This document shows, in pieces, positions 54,648 through 64,000 of a DNA stretch of 64,000 bases. The stretch is from Longimicrobiales bacterium. GTDB taxonomy: Bacteria > Gemmatimonadota > Gemmatimonadetes > Longimicrobiales > Gaopeijiaceae. The stretch covers positions 576,001 through 640,000 of the forward strand of contig CBDCNQ010000002.1 of assembly GCA_965219445.1 (NCBI GenBank). The letters are read 5' to 3'. Positions within the stretch are counted from its first letter, which is position 1. Each line of letters begins with the position of its first letter. The position numbers and the translations under genes were made by a program. Below the pieces are notes generated by a model. That model made no database searches and was not told where the DNA came from. It saw nothing but the letters and a program-made list of their open reading frames with translations.

Positions 54648-55104
54648 GGTGCTCCCGGAAAAAGTCCCGAAGAAGATCACCCGCCGCATCGGCGAGCGTT
54701 CCACCCGTCACGTCGATCCAATGATTCAGCCGCTCGTCTTGAGCCAGGTTTGCCAGACTTCCCACCATGCCCGCCTTGGGGTCCGCCGCTCCGAAGACGA
54801 GCCGGTCGATTCGAGATAAAACCAGCGCACCCGCGCACATCGCGCAAGGCTCCAATGTCACGTAGAGCGTGCATTGGGTGAGACGCCAGTCACCCAGCTT
54901 CTGAGCAGCTTCCCGGATCACCACCAATTCGGCGTGAGCGGTCGGGTCATTGGAGGTGACCGTGAGGTTATGCCCCTCCGCGACGATCTCGTGGTCCTTG
55001 GTGAGTACCGCCCCAACCGGGACCTCTCCCATGGAGGTGGCCATCTCGGCCAGCTCCAAGGCGCGAGTCATCCACTCGACGTCCGTCGGCGACGCACCCT
55101 CCAT
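54637..55104 (-). CDS. tadA: tRNA adenosine(34) deaminase
   Basis: GEVPVGAV, DPTAHAE, LYVTLEPCAMC, DPKAG, LNH. Confidence 0.95.
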   Translation of the reverse strand: MEGASPTDVEWMTRALELAEMATSMGEVPVGAVLTKDHEIVAEGHNLTVTSNDPTAHAELVVIREAAQKLGDWRLTQCTLYVTLEPCAMCAGALVLSRIDRLVFGAADPKAGMVGSLANLAQDERLNHWIDVTGGTLADAAGDLLRDFFREHRGP

Positions 55105-55156
55105 CAGGAAGTAGGTGGTGAAGCTAGTGCGACGCGAATCCCGCTTCGCACATCAC

Positions 55157-55822
55157 TCAGTGGGCCGTCGTGCTGACCAGAATCGAAGCGTCGTCGAACC
55201 GGCGGTACAGGGCGACCACCCGTCCGATCAGATGAAGCTTCTCGGGATCCTCAACGGCCGTTGGGGGGCCGCCGCCGTCGGCCGGCGTCAAAGAGACAGC
55301 GCGCCCATTATTCGAAAATTCATAGAAAGACGGGCCACCCTCGACGCGAGCCACCACGATGGCCCCCTCGACCAACTCCTCGACCTCCGCCGGTTCGACC
55401 AACAGATAGTCGCCCTCGTTGATGTCGAGAGCCGCCAACTCCCGCCCAACGGCACGGACGAAGAACGAACCCTTCGATCCAGCGAGCCGCCGGTCGATTG
55501 TCAGGTGCATCTCGGCCAGCTCGGTCCTCAGGCCACCACGCCCCTGGGGAAGGTCGTGGTAGCAGGGCACGGATACCGTCTGCGCACTCAGGTCCACGCC
55601 GAGGATCTTGACCCCCCTCGAACGGGAGGGATCGCGCTCGAGAAAGCCCTTGTCGGCCAACGCTTGGAGGTGCTCGGAGACAGTCTTGGTGCTCTTTATA
55701 CCAAACCGCTCGCCGATTTCCCGAATGGAGGGTTGATACGTGTTGCTCCGAAGGTAGTGCACCATGAAGTCGAGAATTTTCCTCTCGATTTCGGTGATGC
55801 TTTGCTCCATCCGGGACTCCAA
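55157..55822 (-). CDS. lexA: LexA-like repressor lacking the autocleavage residues
   Basis: wHTH PSIREIG..FG..S...V..HL.AL..KG.L.R...RSRG; C-domain retains I.EGD.LLV, G.IVVAR and IGRV but has no AG site, Ser or Lys. Confidence 0.8.
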   Translation of the reverse strand: MESRMEQSITEIERKILDFMVHYLRSNTYQPSIREIGERFGIKSTKTVSEHLQALADKGFLERDPSRSRGVKILGVDLSAQTVSVPCYHDLPQGRGGLRTELAEMHLTIDRRLAGSKGSFFVRAVGRELAALDINEGDYLLVEPAEVEELVEGAIVVARVEGGPSFYEFSNNGRAVSLTPADGGGPPTAVEDPEKLHLIGRVVALYRRFDDASILVSTTAH

Positions 55823-55871
55823 CGGTTTCGCCCCTACATCAGGCGTTTAAAAGATTCCTTCTCAGTTACAG

Positions 55872-55912
55872 AATAAACACCTGTTCCCAACATTGAAAGG
55901 GCGTTGTTTATT
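55872..55912. promoter_or_regulatory. Candidate lexA operator: AAAC-N4-GTTC within an AATAAACA/TGTTTATT inverted repeat
   Basis: AAACACCTGTTC at 55875-55886; IR arms at 55872-55879 and 55905-55912; AT-rich upstream region. Confidence 0.4.
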
Positions 55913-55988
55913 AGGAGGTGGCTATCCTAATGCGTGGCGATCCACCCCGTCAAGAATACCGTGGAAGGCGCCGGCACCTGGAAACGGA

Positions 55989-57459
<1,471 letters not shown>

Positions 57460-57580
57460 TTAATGTTATTTATCACATGTCGATGTATTCTGCGGGCGGG
57501 CGACTTCGAGCGATGCCCACCGCCGAAAACCGCCCCGAGCGCGACCGAGCGGGGAAGGGCGTGCCGATCACCCGTAGCGA

Positions 57581-58792
57581 TCACCCGTAGCGTGCCTGGA
57601 TGTACTCTTCGAGGATCCCCTTGAACTCCTCCACCATGCCCTCCCCCTGGAGCGTCGAGTGGTGTGCCCCATCGACGTACACCGGGGCCTTCGGGTCCTC
57701 GGCCGTACCGGGCAATGAAATCCCTAAATCGGCGTGCTTCGACTCGCCCGGGCCGTTCACGACACACCCCATCACCGCCACCGTCATATCCTCGACACCA
57801 GGAAACTCCCGACTCCACACGGGCATCTTTTCACGGATATAGGTCTCGATGTTCTGAGCCATCTCCTGAAAGAGGCTGCTGGTCGTACGGCCGCAACCCG
57901 GGCAGGCCGTGACTTGGGGTTCGAAACTGCGGAGTTGCAGAGACTGGAGGATCTGCCTCGCGACGCGCACTTCCTCGGTGCGATCGCCGCCTGGCTCCGG
58001 CGTGAGGGAGACCCGAATCGTGTCCCCGATCCCGTCAATGAGAAGAGGAGTGATTCCCGCGGTGGTCGCGACGATTCCCTTGGTGCCAATACCCGCCTCG
58101 GTCAGACCCAGGTGAAGCGGGTAATCACACTGGTCCGCGAGCATCCGATAGACGTCGACGAGATCCGGCACCTCGGAGACCTTGGCACTGAGCACGATCA
58201 TATCGTGTCCCAGACCGGTTTCCTCAGCCAAGAGCGCCGACCGAGTCGCGCTTTCCACCATCGCGTCCAACAGGACCTCCCGCGCATCTCTGGGATCGGA
58301 GCGTTCGGCGTTGGCATCCATCATTTCGGTGAGGAGCCGTTGGTCGAGCGAGCCCCAGTTCACCCCGATCCGCACGGGCGTCGCATATTCGATGGCCACT
58401 TCCACGATCCTCTGGAAGTTGGAGTCCCAGTGTTTTGTACCGACGTTTCCGGGGTTGATACGGTACTTCGCCAAAGCCTCGGCGCACGCCGGGTACTTCG
58501 TGAGAAGAAGATGGCCGTTGTAGTGAAAGTCACCGACGATCGGCACGTCGGTGCCCTCATCCGAGAGCCGTGCCACGATCTCGGGAACGGCCTGAGCGGC
58601 TGCCTCGTCGTTGACCGTCACGCGCACCAGTTCGCTTCCGGCCTGCGCCAACGCGACGGTCTGAGCGACCGTGGCGTCCACGTCCGAAGTATCGGTGTTG
58701 GTCATCGACTGGACCACGATCGGATTTTTCCCGCCGATCTCGACCCCATCGACGTCCACAACCACGGACGGCCTTCGCGTCCAATGACTCAC
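57581..58792 (-). CDS. ispG: (E)-4-hydroxy-3-methylbut-2-enyl-diphosphate synthase
   Basis: [60 protein letters not shown]. Confidence 0.96.
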   Translation of the reverse strand: MSHWTRRPSVVVDVDGVEIGGKNPIVVQSMTNTDTSDVDATVAQTVALAQAGSELVRVTVNDEAAAQAVPEIVARLSDEGTDVPIVGDFHYNGHLLLTKYPACAEALAKYRINPGNVGTKHWDSNFQRIVEVAIEYATPVRIGVNWGSLDQRLLTEMMDANAERSDPRDAREVLLDAMVESATRSALLAEETGLGHDMIVLSAKVSEVPDLVDVYRMLADQCDYPLHLGLTEAGIGTKGIVATTAGITPLLIDGIGDTIRVSLTPEPGGDRTEEVRVARQILQSLQLRSFEPQVTACPGCGRTTSSLFQEMAQNIETYIREKMPVWSREFPGVEDMTVAVMGCVVNGPGESKHADLGISLPGTAEDPKAPVYVDGAHHSTLQGEGMVEEFKGILEEYIQARYG

Positions 58793-59084
58793 GTAGCACC
58801 TTGTGTGTTCGGGTGTGGAAAGCGTCGCCGCAATTTACGGAAGGCGGGGCACCGCTCCAAGATCATGCACCGCAACGGAACGGTGGTCCACCCTCGGCGT
58901 GCGGTTCGACGGTGCTCTGGCGCCGGGGTAGCGCTGCCGGATTTCGCGGGACAGGCCGATATTGACCAATGTTCCGGCCTCCGCGACAATCCTTTTCCGC
59001 CTAGGATCTGAGGCCGTGGCATCCCGGGTACCCGTGCGCTAGCACGGGTGGTGACCCACTGTACTTCTTCGGCAGCCTTCCACC

Positions 59085-60218
59085 ATGACAACCAGAAGCG
59101 ATCGAACGAGCGGCGAGCTGAAGCACGACCCCCGCGTCCTACTCGGGCCGGGCCCCAGCAACCTGCATCCTCGTGTGTTCCGTGCCATGGCCAGCCCCAT
59201 CTTGGGTTACATGGACCCGGATTTTCTGTCGATCATGGACCACACGATGGCTCTCTTGCGCTGTCTCTTTCAGACCGAAAACGAGTTGGCCGTCACGCTT
59301 CCTGGCACGGGTATGTCAGGGATGGAGGCGGCCGTCTGTAACGTGGTCGAGCCCGGCGACGAGGTTGTGGTGGGAATCCATGGCTTCTTCGGCCAGCGGC
59401 TGGCCGAGCTTGTGGAGCGGCACGGTGCGACGGCCCTACGAGTCGAGGTCGACTTCGGGCAAATAGTGGACACCGATCAGATCGCGACCGCTCTCGATGC
59501 CCACCCTGACGCCAAGATGGTGGCCGTCGTGCACGGCGAGACCTCCTCAGGGATCGCACAACCGCTCGAGGACATCGGTAAGGTGGTGCGTGAACGGGAC
59601 AAGCTCTTCCTCGTCGACACGGTCTGCTCGCTCGGCGGCGCCCACATCCCGGTAGACGAATACCTGATCGACATCTGCTACAGCGGGGGGCAGAAGTGCA
59701 TCGGGGGACCCGCGGGAATCGCCTGCATTACGCTCAACGATCGTGCGATGGGCGTGATCGACTCCCGAAGCCGCCCGGTCGACACATGGTATCTCGACCT
59801 CACGCTGATCAGTAAGTACTGGCTCTCCGATCGTGCTTACCATCACACGGCTCCGGGATCGCTCGTCTACGCCATCCACGAGGCGCTTCGCCTGGTCCAG
59901 GAGGAGGGGCTCCAGGCGCGATTCGCACGTCACCAAAAGTGCGGAGATCTCTTGAAGGCCGGGCTCACCGACCTCGGGCTCGAGCTATTCGGTGATCCGG
60001 TGAACCGCCTGTCCATGCTCACCTGCGTGATGATCCCGGACGGCGTCGACGACGCCACAGTCCGAGGCCGCCTGCTCCGAGAATACGGTATCGAGATCGG
60101 AGGCAGTCTCGGGCCGCTCGCGGGGAAAGCGTGGCGGATCGGTTTGATGGGGTACGGCTCTAGCGAGCGTAACGTGCACTACCTGATCGCCGCACTGCGG
60201 AAGATCCTCGGAAGCTAG
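59085..60218 (+). CDS. Alanine--glyoxylate aminotransferase family (class V PLP enzyme)
   Basis: LLGPGPS, VHGETSSG, VDTVCSLGG, YSGGQKC (PLP Lys), YHHTAP, WRIGLMG. Confidence 0.92.
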   Translation: MTTRSDRTSGELKHDPRVLLGPGPSNLHPRVFRAMASPILGYMDPDFLSIMDHTMALLRCLFQTENELAVTLPGTGMSGMEAAVCNVVEPGDEVVVGIHGFFGQRLAELVERHGATALRVEVDFGQIVDTDQIATALDAHPDAKMVAVVHGETSSGIAQPLEDIGKVVRERDKLFLVDTVCSLGGAHIPVDEYLIDICYSGGQKCIGGPAGIACITLNDRAMGVIDSRSRPVDTWYLDLTLISKYWLSDRAYHHTAPGSLVYAIHEALRLVQEEGLQARFARHQKCGDLLKAGLTDLGLELFGDPVNRLSMLTCVMIPDGVDDATVRGRLLREYGIEIGGSLGPLAGKAWRIGLMGYGSSERNVHYLIAALRKILGS

Positions 60219-60642
60219 AGACGCCCCTCTCACCGACCTGATCGCTCGAACGGCGGACCCGGGAGTAGGGCGCAGCGAGATTATTGCCGAGACACTTCGG
60301 ACAGGACGCTAAGTAACGGGCACCTCGGGTCCGGAGATGCTCCTGCGCGCCCGCTCCAGGCACCCGTACTCGATGAGCTCCTCGAGAATCTCGACTTTCT
60401 CTTTCTCCGGGCCGTTGTGATACCGTGCCCAGAGGCGCTCGCACGGAGAAAACAGGGGCTCCGCCGACTGAGTCGAGGGCTCCGCCGGCGAAGGCGTGGG
60501 CTCGTGCGGAGCGGTATCCGAGGCTCTGACCTGGCGAGCGATGTCGGTCCTTCCTTGTCCAGCACCGCTCGCTCGGGAGCGGCTGGGGGGGCTAAAAAAT
60601 TGTGGGCTAGAGCATACGGCGAGCAGGGATCATGGGCAAGTT

Positions 60643-61140
60643 TCAGCCTTCGGCAAGCCATATTTCCATCTGAATGTTGCACCGATCGTACGGCGAGGCG
60701 CCGCCCTTCACCGGTCTGAACCCGAGTTTTCTGTACAGGTTGATCGCCGGCTCGAGAATCGTGTTCGACTCGAGATACACCCTCGTCGCGCCTAGCTCAC
60801 GAGCACGGTCCAGCAAAGCCCTGCCGAGCCGCCATCCGATTCCCTTGCCGCGGGCATGCTGGTCGACGGCCATCTTGGCGAGCTCGTAGGACCCGCTTTC
60901 CATGGGTATGAGTGCGACCGTGCCGACGGCCTCGCCGTCGTACAGCGCCATGAGAATCGCGCCGCCGGGGTGGAGAATCTTCTCCTGCGGATGGTCGAGA
61001 TAGAGGCGGTCCGCGTCCTCGGCCTCCCAGTAATGGTTGATCCAGTCCAGGTTCATGCGGCGGAACGCATCGGCATGTTCGGGCCGGAAGTCCAGGATCT
61101 CGACCCTCCCGGCTTCGCGCCGGTCGTACGCTTCCTTCAC
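60643..61140 (-). CDS. GNAT N-acetyltransferase (possibly the C-half of a former MarR-GNAT fusion)
   Basis: ELAKMAV...RGKGIG, LESNT.L.PAI.LY.KLGF, PY.RCNIQM; upstream in-frame LEERSIFDR linker with no start codon. Confidence 0.85.
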   Translation of the reverse strand: MKEAYDRREAGRVEILDFRPEHADAFRRMNLDWINHYWEAEDADRLYLDHPQEKILHPGGAILMALYDGEAVGTVALIPMESGSYELAKMAVDQHARGKGIGWRLGRALLDRARELGATRVYLESNTILEPAINLYRKLGFRPVKGGASPYDRCNIQMEIWLAEG

Positions 61141-61358
61141 TCGATCGAAGATCGAGCGCTCCTCGAGACGACGGGACCAACTCGATCAAAGAATTTCGTC
61201 GTCCACATGAGGCCGATCCCTTCGGGAATTACGAAAGCGACAAATATCTCCCTCTTGGCCACTGGCAATGGCGGTAAAAGGTGGCCTGGGGGGTGTTGTT
61301 CTTGCGATCCGCACGATACAGTAAGTCTCTTCCGGTTCTGCCCAAAAAGGAGATAGCC

Positions 61359-62549
61359 ATGACCCGTGCACGCTTCGGCTTCGTCAGCTGGTTTTCAGTA
61401 CTCACCCTCGCATTGGCCTCCGGGGTCACCGTGCCAACCGGCGCCGCCGCTCAGGAGAGTTCACAAGGTCAACCGTTTTTTGGGATCACCACTGATGGCC
61501 ATCTGACCCCCGACCTCTTCCCGATTCGTGCGACCGGCGTTTCCACTGCACCGATCCTGGAAGCGGCGAGAGCCTACCTCAGGATGTTGAGGCCCGAGCA
61601 AGTGGCACAGACCAACTTCGGATTGGACTCGGATGAGTGGCGTCATTGGAGCAACGTCCCCGTCGGCGGCCTGCCACGGGAGGGGCTGTCGTTCAGGGAT
61701 ATGAGCAACCCCCAGCGGGAAGCGGCCTTCGCCCTGGTCCGGGCGGGCCTCAGCGCTCGCGGATTCGAGCAGGCGCGCAACATCATGCGCATAGACGGTT
61801 ATCTGGCGGCCGTTCTCGAAGACTACAACCGGTACGGAGAGTACCTCTACTTCATCGATATCTTCGGCGAGCCATCTGAGACCGAGCCCTGGGGATGGCA
61901 ACTCGACGGGCACCACCTGGTGGTCAATTACTTCGTGATGGGGGATCAGGTGGTGATGTCGCCCAACTTCTGGGGATCCGAGCCGGTCTCGATCGACACG
62001 GGCAGGTACCCAGATATCAAGGTTCTACAGGAGGAGCAAGACGTGGGCCTGGCCTTCATGGAATCGCTCCGACGGGATCAACGTGCACTTGCCGTCGTGG
62101 ACACTGAGAAAACGCGCAATAACATGCGAGGCGCGGCGTTCAGAGACAATTTGGTCATGCAGGAAGCAGGCATCCGCGGGGACCAACTGGACGCTGTCCA
62201 GCGCGAGCGCCTGATGGATGTAATCGGTGTTTATATCGGCACCATGAGGTATGACCAGGCGAGCGTCCGGATGGACGAAATTCAGGAGTACCTCGGTGAA
62301 ACCCGATTTGCCTGGGTGGGCGATGTGGGACCCGACGCCCTCTACTACTACTACTACCGGGTTCAGAGCCCCATCATTTTTATCGAGTTCGACCACACGA
62401 CTCCAGTCAGTTTCCGCACCGAGCCGAACCCGCCTTCGCGGAGCCACATCCACATCGCCGTTCGGACTCCGAACGGGAACGACTACGGGAAGGACTTGTT
62501 GAGGCAGCACTACGAGGAGCACGACGGCGACCCGAATCACGGGCACTAG
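61359..62549 (+). CDS. DUF3500-family secreted protein
   Basis: AAGGAG RBS; signal peptide; FGEPS..PWGWQLDGHHL, YYRVQSP..IEFDH, HIH...RTPNGNDYG.DLL.QHY. Confidence 0.85.
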   Translation: MTRARFGFVSWFSVLTLALASGVTVPTGAAAQESSQGQPFFGITTDGHLTPDLFPIRATGVSTAPILEAARAYLRMLRPEQVAQTNFGLDSDEWRHWSNVPVGGLPREGLSFRDMSNPQREAAFALVRAGLSARGFEQARNIMRIDGYLAAVLEDYNRYGEYLYFIDIFGEPSETEPWGWQLDGHHLVVNYFVMGDQVVMSPNFWGSEPVSIDTGRYPDIKVLQEEQDVGLAFMESLRRDQRALAVVDTEKTRNNMRGAAFRDNLVMQEAGIRGDQLDAVQRERLMDVIGVYIGTMRYDQASVRMDEIQEYLGETRFAWVGDVGPDALYYYYYRVQSPIIFIEFDHTTPVSFRTEPNPPSRSHIHIAVRTPNGNDYGKDLLRQHYEEHDGDPNHGH

Positions 62550-62753
62550 AGACCTGAGCGGCGTGTTGGTCATGGATGGGGTGGGCTGGTAGAGGGAAGC
62601 CGGCCGGAGAGGTCAGCCAGGTCGGCCGGAACCCGCTTGCCGATCTGGTGGATGTCAGCGACCATACACTCTAGGGGACATGCGGCGGCTTCCAGGTTTT
62701 GCCGCGGCAGGTTACTCTCGAGGCAGGAACGCCAATTCGTCGAGGAGGTAGAG

Positions 62754-63962
62754 ATGCGCCCGATCCGCTCATTCATCCCGACCATTAGCATCGTGCTCGG
62801 CCTCTGGACCGTGCCCCCGGCCTGGGCTCAGGCGCAGGTCCACCAATCCGAGAGCGGACCCTACCGCGTCGTGACCGTCGTGGATGATCTGCAGGACCCC
62901 TGGTCCATCGCCTTCCTCCCCGGGGGTGAGATGCTGGTCACGGAGAAGCCCGGGCGGCTGCGGATCGTGCGCAACGGGGTCCTTCAGCCGGAGCCCATCA
63001 CCGGCACGCCAGAGGTCCGGTACCTGGGGCAGGGCGGCCTCCTGGACGTGGTGCTCCACCCGAACTACGAGTCCAACCGGCTCATCTACCTCAGCTTCTC
63101 CAAGCCGAACGACGATGGAAGCGAGGGTACGACCGCCGTGGTTCGAGGCCGGCTTGAGGGCAACCGCCTGGACAATGTAGAGGAGATCTTCGAGGCGAAG
63201 GCGTGGAGCCGAAGCGGAAGCCATTATGGATCCCGGCTGGCCTTCGACGCCCAGGGCTACCTCTTCATAACGGTTGGCGACCGGGGGGCGGGTCCGGCGA
63301 TCGAAACCGCGTATGTGCACCCTGCCCAGGATCTCACCAACCATCAGGGGACGGTCATTCGCCTGCATGACGACGGACGCGTCCCTGAGGACAATCCGTT
63401 CGTCGGCCGAGCCGACGCACTGCCCGAGATCTGGAGCTACGGCCACCGCAGCCCGCAGGGCCTCACTATCCATCCCGAGACGGGTGACATCTTCCAGAGC
63501 GAGCACGGGCCCCAGGGCGGGGACGAGCTGAATCTCATCCTGCGGGGGCGGAACTATGGCTGGCCCGTCATCGGCTACGGCACGAACTATGGGGGGACCC
63601 GCCTCTTCTCGACGAGGGAGGTCGACGGGATGGAACAGCCGCTCCAGCACTTCACTCCTTCCATCGCCCCCTCCGGGTTGATGGTCTATACCGGCGACCG
63701 CTTTCCGGAGTGGAAGAACAGCGTCTTCATGGGCGGTATGGCCGATCCGCAAGTCGCGCGGCTGCCTATCGTGGGTGAGGGTGAGGGTCTGTACGTCGGA
63801 AGGATGGAGCGGCCTCCATTGATGATCGGCTTCGGGCGCATCCGGGCCATCACGCAAGGGCCGGACGGCTTGATCTACATCGCGATCGACGACCGCCGGG
63901 GCGGTGGCCTCACGCCGATCGTACGCCTCGAGCCCGGCGATGGGGCCCAGGCGGCGGGATGA
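62754..63962 (+). CDS. PQQ-dependent sugar dehydrogenase (GSDH/YliI family)
   Basis: PWSIAFLP, GQGGLLDV, HYGSRL, EIWSYGHRSPQG, EHGPQGGDELN, NYGWP, PSIAPSG. Confidence 0.92.
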   Translation: MRPIRSFIPTISIVLGLWTVPPAWAQAQVHQSESGPYRVVTVVDDLQDPWSIAFLPGGEMLVTEKPGRLRIVRNGVLQPEPITGTPEVRYLGQGGLLDVVLHPNYESNRLIYLSFSKPNDDGSEGTTAVVRGRLEGNRLDNVEEIFEAKAWSRSGSHYGSRLAFDAQGYLFITVGDRGAGPAIETAYVHPAQDLTNHQGTVIRLHDDGRVPEDNPFVGRADALPEIWSYGHRSPQGLTIHPETGDIFQSEHGPQGGDELNLILRGRNYGWPVIGYGTNYGGTRLFSTREVDGMEQPLQHFTPSIAPSGLMVYTGDRFPEWKNSVFMGGMADPQVARLPIVGEGEGLYVGRMERPPLMIGFGRIRAITQGPDGLIYIAIDDRRGGGLTPIVRLEPGDGAQAAG

Positions 63963-64000
63963 TCAGGGATGGGCTAGGACGGCCCCGGAGGGGAGTCCTC

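Overview
High-GC bacterial window, most likely Gemmatimonadota (inferred from the characteristic 'RLNAALEGRYAIERELGEGGMATVYLADDLKH' Ser/Thr kinase and the DUF5916 genes). It has three parts. (1) 1-5.3 kb: ordinary genes (ABC permease, VOC, CMD-like, DUF5916). (2) About 5.6-44.7 kb: a heavily IS-eroded accessory/defence region around tRNA-Arg(TCT) and tRNA-Ile2/Met(CAT). It holds a graspetide (ATP-grasp RiPP) precursor plus ligase, and a fully coupled type I R-M operon with an unusual layout: hsdM - HEPN(HI0074) - MNT::HsdS fusion - Zn-finger/HEPN - hsdR. It also holds a HigA-HTH::nuclease-like giant protein split by a 14-bp duplication, DUF4238, DUF2971 and TPR genes, a REC-excisionase-like fusion and many gene remnants. 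Three IS256 elements each carry the same IS110/IS1111-type element at the identical base of their left inverted repeat. That element's 3' non-coding region folds into two loops whose unpaired segments match the target site and the element's own circle junction (a readable bridge/seek RNA). (3) 44.7-64 kb: core genes (rluB, scpBA, site-2 protease, rpsT, pyrRBC, NhaC-type antiporter, GHL10, tadA, a LexA lacking its catalytic residues, gltX with a homopolymer frameshift, ispG, aminotransferase, GNAT, DUF3500, PQQ sugar dehydrogenase). All calls come from reading motifs by eye; no database searches were run.
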